This document shows positions 33,440 to 42,100 of a stretch of DNA of 64,000 bases, piece by piece. The notes under the pieces are model-generated. The model had not been told where the DNA came from. It did not search any database and saw only the letters and a list, made by a program, of their open reading frames with translations. This stretch comes from an uncultured bacterium. GTDB lineage: Bacteria > Acidobacteriota > Thermoanaerobaculia > Multivoradales > JAHZIX01. How positions within the stretch are numbered: the first letter of the stretch is position 1; each line of letters starts with the position of its first letter. The DNA lies in assembly GCA_965368975.1 (NCBI GenBank), contig CBDUPA010000023.1:28332-92331 (forward strand), written 5' to 3'. Made by a program: the position numbers and the translations under genes.

Positions 33440-33770
33440 TTCAGTCGAACACCGCCCAGAGAGCTAGGTCCCCGCCTCGAAGTCGTCCGTAAAGATCGAC
33501 GCCGACCCTCCCGGCTCGAAACGCAGGTAATAGACTTCCTGCTCGCTGTTGAATGTCGACGCAGACTCCAAGTGCGCAGCGTCGTTGAAGGAGACGATGT
33601 CGTAGTAGTCGCCGATCTTTGTCCTGATTGCGGAATCCGAGGTGCGGATCCCTAGGCGGGGGGGCAGGGGTCGTTGGCCGACCTGCCCGATCTCGATTGG
33701 CTCTTCGAAGTTCGCGCCGGCGGCGGTGGAGCGGTTGAACATGGCCGGTGAGCAGCAGCCGATGGAGTTG
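33440..33770 (-). pseudogene. Internally deleted, decayed duplicate of the BNR/sialidase-like gene at 36373-37935
   Basis: Encodes PIGCCSPAMFNRSTAAGANFEEPIEIG joined to KIGDYYDIVSFNDAAHL...EQEVYYLRFEP...IFTDDFEAG. These match two segments of the intact gene that are roughly 175 codons apart. Confidence 0.85.
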
Positions 33771-33828
33771 GGATCACGCGTGGAGGCGTGAGTGTCGGGT
33801 TTGGGGCGGTTGTAGCGGTGAAACCGAG

Positions 33829-34239
33829 TCAGCTCTCCCAGGGATTGATTACTTCGACTCCACAGTGCCGAAACCCACCCTCATCCCGCGTAGCGATTCC
33901 CGCACTATGGACGCGTGCAATAGCCGCGATCTGGCAGTCGACGGTTCCAATCGGTTCTCCCGACTTGCGACGATCTGCTGCCAACACGGAATACATCTCC
34001 GCAGCCTGCTCACCGAAGGGTAAGACGTGCAGTCTGCTCTGAAAGTGAGCGAAGCGTTCAGCCAGCTGAGTCCGTCTCTTGCCTTGAGGCAGGATTCGAA
34101 TACCGAATAGAACTTCGGCAACTCCTGGTGCGGCTAATGCCACTGCGGATTCCCGGACTTCTTGCATCCAGGCGACGACAGCTGGATCTGGTCGACTCTT
34201 CATCAACTCCGAGACGACATTGGTATCAAGGATGATCAC
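33829..34239 (-). CDS. vapC: VapC/FitB PIN-domain toxin
   Basis: MIILDTNVVSELM, EVLFGI, DCQIAAIA, IATRD, VINPW. Confidence 0.93.
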   Translation of the reverse strand: MIILDTNVVSELMKSRPDPAVVAWMQEVRESAVALAAPGVAEVLFGIRILPQGKRRTQLAERFAHFQSRLHVLPFGEQAAEMYSVLAADRRKSGEPIGTVDCQIAAIARVHSAGIATRDEGGFRHCGVEVINPWES

Positions 34240-34245
34240 CGTAGC

Positions 34246-34500
34246 TCAATCCTCGAAATCCGGCGGCTCGCGCATGGGCTCTCGAGCGGGAAGATAAGGC
34301 GCCAAGTCGAAGCCGTGCGCAGGGCCGAAGCACTCCATTGCCAGGTCTGCCAGGGACCTACCGGAAGCTTCCTCCTCTGTGAGAGCCGAACGCAAGATCG
34401 CCCGCGCTTCAGCTTCCATGGAGCGTCCATGCTCGGCCGCGCGACTGCGCAAGCGCAGTTTGAGGCTGTCTTCTAGGTTTCGAACGATCAGGCTGGCCAT
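34246..34500 (-). CDS. FitA/StbC-like ribbon-helix-helix antitoxin
   Basis: MASLIVRNLEDSLKLRLRSRAAEHGRSMEAEARAIL, directly upstream of the PIN toxin. Confidence 0.9.
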   Translation of the reverse strand: MASLIVRNLEDSLKLRLRSRAAEHGRSMEAEARAILRSALTEEEASGRSLADLAMECFGPAHGFDLAPYLPAREPMREPPDFED

Positions 34501-34528
34501 AGTGCCTCCAGGTTCAAGTTCAGCTCGA

Positions 34529-34545
34529 TGATATCAGTGATAGCG
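34529..34545. promoter_or_regulatory. Probable antitoxin operator (imperfect palindrome GATATCA-G-TGATAGC)
   Basis: About 30 bp upstream of the antitoxin start; half-sites resemble the FitAB operator half-site TGCTATCA/TGATAGCA. Confidence 0.55.
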
Positions 34546-34572
34546 CTTCATGGCTGCCCTGGTGTGTCGACA

Positions 34573-36336
34573 CTACTTCGTGAGTCGACGCTGCAGGCTG
34601 GCGGCAGCGGCCACGTCCGGTGGTTGGTAGAGCAGGTCGCCGCGGGCGCCGCGGTTGGACAGCTCGGCGGCGTTGGCTTCGTCGGTGTCTATGTGCATCT
34701 CCAGCACATAGCTGTCCTTGACCCGGATCAGCACGTCGCCGAAAGTCAGGTCCCTATCGCCTCCTTCAATGGCGACCTCCACCTGGTCGCCGTTCTCGAC
34801 GCCATAGGCTTCGGCGTCTTTCTGGGTCATGTGGATGTGGCGCCAGGCGCAGATCAGGCCCTCGTCCAAGTGCAGCGTGCCGGCGGGACCGACCAAGGTG
34901 ATCGGCGCCGAACCTCGGATGTTGCCCGACGCTCGAATCGGCGCGTCGACCCCCAGCGCAAACTCGTCGGTTCGGGAAATCTCGACCTGGGTTGCCTTGC
35001 GCAACGGCCCGAGCACGCGAACGCCTTCGATACGTCCTCGCGGCCCCACCAGAGTGACGGTTTCGTGGGCGGCGAACTGACCGGGTTGCGACAGGTTGCG
35101 GTAGACCGTGAGCTCGCTTCCCGCGCCGAAGAGAGCGTCCATCGAGGCCCGGTCGAGATGCGTGTGACGACCACTGATGGCGATCGGAATCGGTCCGGGT
35201 GAGCGGACTTCCGTCTCGCCCTGCACCACCCGGGCGGTCTGGCGAGCGGTCATCAACTCCTCGTTGGTCTTGACCACCAGGGTCCGGACCAGTGCCCGGC
35301 CGGCACTGATGTCGACCACCGGAGCATCGGCACGGAGCTTCACGTCCTGGTTGCGGTCGTCGTCGAGTCGGACGCCCAGGAAGTCGAGCTGCTGGAGGAT
35401 GCGGTGGCGCATCTGAGCGCTGTTCTCACCGATGCCGCCGGCCAGAACGATGCCGTCGACACCGCCCATGGCGGCCGCGTAGGCGCCGATGTAGCGGCGC
35501 ACGGCGTGGGCATAGACGGTGATGGCGAGACGAGCACGGTCGTTGCCGGCCGCCGCTTGCGCTTCGATATCCCGCAGGTCGTTGCCCAGACCACTCAGGC
35601 CAGCCAGGCCGCTCTCGTGATTGAGCAGGCGATCCGTTTCGTCGACGCCGAACTCGCGGACCAGTTGCAGTACGACCCCTGGATCGAGGTCGCCACAGCG
35701 GGTTCCCATGACCAGGCCCTCGAGCGGGGTCAACCCCATCGAGGTCTCGACCGAGGCGCCGTATTCGATGGCACAGGCACTGGCGCCGTTGCCGAGATGC
35801 AAGGTGATCAAGCGCAGCTCGCGGATGTCCCGCTCGAGGTAGGTCGCGGCCGTCTTGGAGATGTATTCGTGGGACGGACCATGGAAGCCATAGCGGCGGA
35901 TGCCCAGGCGACGGGCCAGGTCGAGATCGAGGGCATAGTTCTGGGCCCTGCGGGGCAGCCGGCGGTGAAAGGCGGTGTCGAACACGGCCACCTGCGGCAA
36001 GGCCGGCAGCGCCTGGCGGGTGATGCGGATACCGGCGAGGTTCGCCGGGTTGTGCAGGGGCGCCAACGGGACACAGTCCTCGATCGCCGCAACGACCGCG
36101 TCATCGATCAAGGTGGCGTCGTGGAACCGCTCACCGCCGTGGACCACCCGGTGGCCAATGGCTTCGACCTCGAACGCTTCGACCTGCGCGAGAGCTTCGG
36201 TGACGGCCGTCTCGTGGGTTCGCCCCCCTTGCCCGATTCGCTCGGCGGCACCGGTGTGCAGTGCCTCGCCGGTCGCCGTATCGATCAGCTGGTACTTGAC
36301 GCTCGATGAGCCGCAATTGATGACCAAAACCTTCAT
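34573..36336 (-). CDS. ackA: Acetate/propionate kinase fused to a PduL-type phosphate acyltransferase
   Basis: AckA motifs (VINCGSSSVKY, GHRVVHGG, PLHNP, FDTAFH, YGFHG, HLGNGAS, GGIGENS, TNEE) followed in frame by PduL motifs (ISGRHTHL, SQPGQFA, LGPLRKATQVEIS, RHIHM, EMHIDTDEANAA). Confidence 0.92.
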   Translation of the reverse strand: MKVLVINCGSSSVKYQLIDTATGEALHTGAAERIGQGGRTHETAVTEALAQVEAFEVEAIGHRVVHGGERFHDATLIDDAVVAAIEDCVPLAPLHNPANLAGIRITRQALPALPQVAVFDTAFHRRLPRRAQNYALDLDLARRLGIRRYGFHGPSHEYISKTAATYLERDIRELRLITLHLGNGASACAIEYGASVETSMGLTPLEGLVMGTRCGDLDPGVVLQLVREFGVDETDRLLNHESGLAGLSGLGNDLRDIEAQAAAGNDRARLAITVYAHAVRRYIGAYAAAMGGVDGIVLAGGIGENSAQMRHRILQQLDFLGVRLDDDRNQDVKLRADAPVVDISAGRALVRTLVVKTNEELMTARQTARVVQGETEVRSPGPIPIAISGRHTHLDRASMDALFGAGSELTVYRNLSQPGQFAAHETVTLVGPRGRIEGVRVLGPLRKATQVEISRTDEFALGVDAPIRASGNIRGSAPITLVGPAGTLHLDEGLICAWRHIHMTQKDAEAYGVENGDQVEVAIEGGDRDLTFGDVLIRVKDSYVLEMHIDTDEANAAELSNRGARGDLLYQPPDVAAAASLQRRLTK

Positions 36337-36372
36337 GGACAACCTCGTTCCCCTTGAGTTACTCGGAGCCAG

Positions 36373-37935
36373 TTACTCTAAGACAGTCCAGCGCAGCAGA
36401 TTCCCCGCCTCGAAGTCATCCGCGAAAATCAAATCTGACGCGCTCGGCTCGATGCGCAGGTAGTAGACGTCCTGCTCGCCGTTGAAGGTCGCCGCGTAGG
36501 CCAGGTGCGCGGCGTCGTTGAAGGAGACGAGGTCGTAGTAGTCGCCGATCTTGTCCTGATTCGGGAAGCCGAGGTGCGGATCCCAGGCGGGTGTCAGAGC
36601 TTCGTTCGCCGACCACGTGACGCCGGCATCCTCAGAGAACGCGTAGTAGACGACGCTATCGAAACCACTGGGATCGGCGCGCGTGTCATTCCACACGACG
36701 TCGATCCTGCCGTTCGGCGCCACTCCCAGCGTGGCGAACCATTGCCAGGCACCGATGTCGACGGGATCGGTGTTGATCCGGACGGGAACGCTCCAGGTGG
36801 CCCCGCCATCGAGTGACCTCGAGAAGTGGACGTCGAGCGGGTCGTCGCCGGGTGGATCGACGGAGGACAGCAGGTAGAGGCGGTTGGCGTTCGTGGGATC
36901 GGCGATGATCCAGACTTGGCTCAGCATGCCGTTGGGGTTGGGGCCGGCGCCACGGACGAAGCTACCGCCGAGGTCGACGGTGGCGATGAAGTCGGTGTTC
37001 GGGGCTGCCTCGGGATCGCTGGCAGTGGTGGACTTGGCGACCAGGAAGACGGAGAAGTCGGTCGGCAGATGACCGGTGGTGTAGACGGCGCCGTCGGGGC
37101 CGACGGTGGTGGTGCCGCGGCGTAGACCGTCGCCGATCTCGATCGGGGGTTCGAAGGTCGCGCCGGCGTCGGTGGAGCGGTTGAACATGGCGGGTGGGCA
37201 ACAGCCGATGGGGCCATACCAGTTCTGGTAGATGTGCCCCTGCGATGGACCACTCGTGCGATCGATGGCCATCCACTGCTTGTCGCCGCCGAAGGCGTAG
37301 ACGCCGCTGTCCCACGTGGCGCCACCGTCAGCGGAACGGAAGAGGTCGGTGGTGAAGTCGCCTTCGAGGCTGTTGTAGTAGAAGGCACCCTGCGCATCGA
37401 AGTCGAGCACTGGGTCGGAGCGGAAGACAGCCGGTTCCAGGACGCCGGGGAAGGTCCAGGTGGTGCCGCCGTCGCTGCTGTAGGCGAAGCCGGCCTGGCG
37501 GAAGTTGCTGGCGAGGGTGTCGAATTGACGCCAGCCGACCGCCATGCGCGAGGGGTTCGTCGGATCGACGGCGAGCGAGGGTTCATTGGCGGCGTCGCCG
37601 ACGAGGTTGTTGCCTTGCGCGTCGACGTTGACCTGCACGCTCACGTGGCCTGCGGTCTGGACGCGCGGTGCCGGTGTGGTGCGGCGCAGGATGCGCGGAA
37701 TGGCCATGTAGGGGTCGTCGGGATGCTCGTCGGGTTGTCCTTGGGAGGGCAAGGAGCTGGGGCTCTCGGCAGTTGTCGCTGTGACCCCGAGGGCCGTGAT
37801 CGAGAGGGCCGTTACTCCGATGGCCGTCACTCCGATGGCCGTGAGCCAGCCCGTGCAAAGCGCCCAGAAGGCTCGGGTGTGGTGGCTGATGCGGTACGTC
37901 ACTTCGATGAAACCTCTGTCCCAAGGATATGCCAT
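36373..37935 (-). CDS. Secreted BNR/Asp-box repeat (sialidase-like beta-propeller) protein with C-terminal IFADDFEAG motif
   Basis: Asp boxes SSDGGTTW, SADGGATW, STDAGATF, SLDGGATW, SEDAGVTW; ANEPSLAVDP; IGDY. Confidence 0.85.
   Translation of the reverse strand: MAYPWDRGFIEVTYRISHHTRAFWALCTGWLTAIGVTAIGVTALSITALGVTATTAESPSSLPSQGQPDEHPDDPYMAIPRILRRTTPAPRVQTAGHVSVQVNVDAQGNNLVGDAANEPSLAVDPTNPSRMAVGWRQFDTLASNFRQAGFAYSSDGGTTWTFPGVLEPAVFRSDPVLDFDAQGAFYYNSLEGDFTTDLFRSADGGATWDSGVYAFGGDKQWMAIDRTSGPSQGHIYQNWYGPIGCCPPAMFNRSTDAGATFEPPIEIGDGLRRGTTTVGPDGAVYTTGHLPTDFSVFLVAKSTTASDPEAAPNTDFIATVDLGGSFVRGAGPNPNGMLSQVWIIADPTNANRLYLLSSVDPPGDDPLDVHFSRSLDGGATWSVPVRINTDPVDIGAWQWFATLGVAPNGRIDVVWNDTRADPSGFDSVVYYAFSEDAGVTWSANEALTPAWDPHLGFPNQDKIGDYYDLVSFNDAAHLAYAATFNGEQDVYYLRIEPSASDLIFADDFEAGNLLRWTVLE
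37777..37851. repeat. 15-bp tandem repeat (ggccgtNactccgat-like, 4-5 copies) in the signal region of the BNR gene
   Basis: Encodes IGVTA-IGVTA-LSITA-LGVTA. Confidence 0.8.
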
Positions 37936-38001
37936 TAGCTCGCCGCGATTGGGACGGAAGACAGAGGGGCCGGCAGCGCGGGTGTGCGATTCAAGGTCAT
38001 C

Positions 38002-38030
38002 TTGCTTGCGTTTTACGCGGGTGCTATAGT
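38002..38030 (+). promoter_or_regulatory. Sigma-70-type promoter for the precursor/PhyH/NRPS operon
   Basis: TTGCTT (38002-38007), 17-nt spacer, TATAGT (38025-38030), with an extended -10 TG, in AT-rich intergenic DNA. Confidence 0.6.
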
Positions 38031-38142
38031 CGTCTTACTTCTAATATCTATTTGCGTCGACTGCACTTGAGTCGATTGCATTCGCTTCACTCAAGGTCCA
38101 GAACATAACCAGCCCTCCGTAGTGGAGGAGCCAGGAGGAACC

Positions 38143-38325
38143 ATGAAGCGTAGAGCCCTGCTGCGTCGGCCAAGCCAGTTGCTGGCGCGCGACGAGATTC
38201 TCGAGCAAGTACTGGCTGTAGCGGTCGGTGGTGTGGATACCACCAGCCCGGACCGCCTCAGCCCGGACCGTGTCAGCCCGACCCTGTCGACCACGGACAT
38301 CAACAGCGCTGTCAGCCCTCCGTGA
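38143..38325 (+). CDS. Putative RiPP-like precursor peptide (60 aa; double-Gly leader plus Ser/Thr/Pro-rich core)
   Basis: AGGAGG RBS 4 nt before the ATG; MKRRALLRRPSQLLARDEILEQVLAVAVGG / VDTTSPDRLSPDRVSPTLSTTDINSAVSPP; stop overlaps the next start (GTGA). Confidence 0.65.
   Translation: MKRRALLRRPSQLLARDEILEQVLAVAVGGVDTTSPDRLSPDRVSPTLSTTDINSAVSPP
38244..38288. repeat. 15-bp tandem repeat x3 (cagcccggaccgYNt) encoding SPDRL-SPDRV-SPTL
   Basis: Directly visible. Confidence 0.85.
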
Positions 38326-39191
38326 TCGACGCGGAGCAGCTTCACAGCTTGCTCCCCAGTGAAGAAGAGGTAGCCGAGTACCAGCGGCGGGGCTGGTACG
38401 TGTCCCAGCAGGTTCTCCCCGAGGACCTGCTGGACGAAGCTCTCTATGGGGTAGAGCGTCACCATGCCGGTGAGCGGGACTCGCGGCTACCTCTGTCCGG
38501 GGGCTACCTGGACTGGAAACCGGAGCATGGCGACACCCTGCGCATGAGCGACTACGTGTCGCTGCAGAACGACGAGATCCACGAGTTGGTGAAAGCCCCG
38601 GTCCTCGGCGCTATCGCGGCGCGGCTGAGTGGTAGCCGGACGGTTCGGCTGTTCCATGATCAGCTGGTGTACAAGCCGCCCGAGCCGGACGGTGAGGAGA
38701 CGGTGGTTGGCTGGCATGTGGACAGTGCCTACTGGCATACCTGCACCTCGCTCAACCTGCTGACCGCCTGGATCCCGTTCCAGGACTGCACTGTCGAGAT
38801 GGGAACCTTGACGGTGATTGACGGCAGCCACCGCTGGAAGGGTAACCAGTCGATGGCTACCTTCCGCGAGCGCGATCTGGACGCCTTGGTACAGAGCTTT
38901 CGCACCGGCGGCGAGGAGGTACGAGAAGTGCCGATGCAGCTCAAGAAGGGACAGGTGAGTTTTCATCACTGCCTGACCATCCACGGTAGCCTGCCCAACC
39001 GCAGCCAGCAGCCGCGTATCGCACTGGCGGTGCACATGCAGGACGAGAGCAATCGCTACCAGGAGCACATCGATGCCTCCGGCCGGCGCACGGTGCATGT
39101 CAACGACATGCTGGTGCGTAAGGATGCGGAGGGCAAGCCCGACTATGCGGATCCTGAGATCTGCCCGATTCTGTGGGAAGAAGATGCATGA
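38322..39191 (+). CDS. PhyH-family Fe(II)/2-oxoglutarate dioxygenase
   Basis: YQRRGW, FHDQLVYKPP, WHVD (HxD), LTAWIP, GTLTVIDGSH, FHHCLTIHGSLPN, PRIA. Confidence 0.92.
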   Translation: MIDAEQLHSLLPSEEEVAEYQRRGWYVSQQVLPEDLLDEALYGVERHHAGERDSRLPLSGGYLDWKPEHGDTLRMSDYVSLQNDEIHELVKAPVLGAIAARLSGSRTVRLFHDQLVYKPPEPDGEETVVGWHVDSAYWHTCTSLNLLTAWIPFQDCTVEMGTLTVIDGSHRWKGNQSMATFRERDLDALVQSFRTGGEEVREVPMQLKKGQVSFHHCLTIHGSLPNRSQQPRIALAVHMQDESNRYQEHIDASGRRTVHVNDMLVRKDAEGKPDYADPEICPILWEEDA

Positions 39192-42100
39192 GCGAGCAGG
39201 GGACGGACGAACACGAAGGCTGGTGGCTCGAGCGGCTGGAGCCGCCGCCGGACGAAACTAACCTTCCTCTCGACCGCGCGCGGTCGAAGGTTTTCTCGGC
39301 CAAGCGGGCGCAGGTGCGGGTCGCGCTGCCGGCAGCGCTGCGCGGGGAAGTCGAGGCGGTGGGTCGGGGCGATTCCGGTGCCCTGGGGCGCCTACTCGCT
39401 GGATTGGTGGCGGTACTACACCGCTACACCAGTTGTGAGCGGCCCGTGATCGGCATCCCGGTTGCTGCCAGTGAGACGGGCGGCAACGTCCTGCCGGTGA
39501 TCATCGACGGCGTGGCACAGGAGCAGCGCTTCTCGGATCTCGCCGAGGCGGCGACGGCGGCGGTGGCCGCGACGCGGGCGCATGCCTCGATGCCATGGGC
39601 GACCCTGGTCGAGCGGCTCGGCCTTGCCGAGGTACAGAACCGCAACCCCGTGTTCGACATCGTTCTTGTGCTGCCAGGCGATCCACCGGTGTTGGCGGCA
39701 CTGCGCCATGACGTCGAGGTACGGCTGGGCATTGAGGGTAAGGCGGAGCTGGAGATCGACTACAGCGCCCGCCTGCTGCGCACCGACACCCTGGAGCGCT
39801 TCGCCGGGCACTTGCTGACCCTGCTGGCGGCGGCTCTGGCGGAACCCGAAGCTGCGTTGCTCGATCTCGACCTGCTGCGCGATACGGAACGCCGGCAGTT
39901 GATCGTCGACTGGAACCAGACGGCGGCGGAGTTTCCCTCCGACCGCTGCCTACACCATCTCTTCGAGGCCAGTGCGGCGGAGCATCCGGATGCCGAGGCG
40001 CTGGTTTTCGAGCAGCGCTCTTGGACCTACTCCGAACTCGACGCCCAGGCCAATCGCCTGGCGCACTATCTGCGTGCCCAGGGCTTCGGCCGGCACTCCC
40101 GCATAGGCCTGAGTCTGCGCGCCACCGATGACTCGCTGGTGGTGCTGCTGGCGATCCTCAAGGCCGGTGGCGCGGTGGTCACCCTCGACGCCACCTTCCC
40201 GGCCTACCGCCTGGAGCTGATCATTCGCAACTCCGGACTCACCGCCGCGGTCACCGAGACGGCGTTGCTCGATCGCCTGCCCGAGGGGGACTACCAGGCG
40301 TTCTGCTACGACCAGCTGAGCGCCAAGCTAGCAGCGCAGCCGGCAACGCCTCCGGAGGCCGCTGGCTCCGATCTCGGCAGCGACGCGAGTGACCTGCTCT
40401 ACATCCTCTACACCTCGGGCTCCACCGGTTTTCCCAAGGGCGTGTGCATGGAGCATCGCTCGCTGGTCAACTTGTGCAGCTGGCAGCTGCAACACGGGGC
40501 CGCGCCGCCCAACGCGCGCACCCTGCACCGCACTTCGCTGGGCTTCGATGTCAGTTTCCAAGAGATTTTCTCCACCTGGGCCGGCGGCGGTACGGTGGTG
40601 GTGGCCTCGGACGCGGTGCGGGCGGATATCTCGCTGCTGCCCGCCTTCTTCGAGCAGCATCGGATCGAACGCGCCTTCCTGCCCTTCGTTTCGCTGCAGC
40701 AGCTGGCCGAGACCTTCGCCGTCCAGACCCACAAGTTGGAGACCTTGAAGGAGATCGTCACCGCTGGTGAGCGGCTGCAGATCACCATGCCGCTGGTGCG
40801 CTTCTTCCGCCAGGTCGACTGCAGCCTCGACAACCAGTACGGCCCTACCGAGACCCATGTGGTGACCAGCTACCGTCTGCAGGGACCGTGCACCCGCTGG
40901 CCGACGCTGCCGCCGATCGGGCGGCCGGTACACAACGTTTCGACCTACATTCTGGACGCCCGGCTACGTCCGGTGCCGGTGGGCGTGGCGGGCGAGATTT
41001 GCATTGGTGGCGTCGCGGTGGCGCGCGGTTACAATGGCCTCGCCGAGGACGGCGACTCGCCCTTCCAGCCCGATCCCTACCGCGCGCAAGCCGGCCTCGA
41101 CCCTTTCGGCGGCCGGCTCTACCGCACCGGCGACCTCGGCCGTTTCCTACCCGACGGTGAGATCGAGTTCCTCGGCCGCCGCGATCACCAGGTCAAGATC
41201 CGCGGCTACCGCGTCGAGATGGGGGAGATCGAGGTGGCGCTGCGTGACATCGCTGGGGTGCGTGAGGCGGTGGTCACCGCGCGCGAAGACCTTTCGGGCA
41301 CCCAGGCGCTGGTTGCCTACATCGTCACCGAGGCGCCGGACGTGCCGCCGCTGGTAGCTATTCGGCGCGCCTTGCACGAGCGGCTACCCGAGCACATGGT
41401 GCCAGCTGCCGCCGCCTTTGTCCGTCTTGCCGAGTTACCGCTCACCGCCACCGGCAAGGTCGACCCGGCCAAGCTTCCCGAGCCCGGCCAGGAGCGGCCG
41501 GAGCTGAGTGAGAGCTACATCGCCTCGCGCTCTAGCCTGGAGAAGCGGGTCTCGGCGATCTGGTCCAAGACACTGGGCGTCGGCCAGGTGGGAGTCAACG
41601 ACAAGTTCCTCGACCTCGGTGGTCACTCGCTGGTCGGCGTGCAGATCGTGTCGCAGATCAACGAACTCTACGGCATCACCGTACGCCTGAGTTCGTTGAT
41701 GAACCAGGCGACAGTGGCGTCGCTGGCGCAGGAAGTGGAACGCTTGCTGCTGGCTCGAGTCGAAGAGATGTCCGAGGAGGACGCGCTGCAGCTGGCCAAA
41801 GGCGGCGGTCGGGACGAGCCTGGCCAACCTGGAGCAGGCCAACCTGGAGCAGGCCAACCTGGAGCAGGCAGTACCGTCAGCGAGTTCTACGAGCTGCCGA
41901 ACGGCCGCCGCGTCGTCGATCAGTACCGAGCTGAGACGCACCATCTGGTGGTTGACATCTTCGAGCACAAGACCTATGACCGCCATGGCATCGTCTACCC
42001 CGAGGACGGCTGCTACGTCGACGTCGGTGCCAACATCGGCCTGTTCGCTCTCTACGCCCTGGAGCGGGCGCCGAAGGCACGCGTCTATGCCTTCGAGCCG

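Noticed and set aside
32165-34500. Prophage or IS element at the low-GC islet and TA module
   Set aside because: No integrase, transposase, phage structural genes or terminal repeats found.
34573-35200. Bacterial microcompartment locus implied by PduL
   Set aside because: No shell proteins or signature enzyme nearby.
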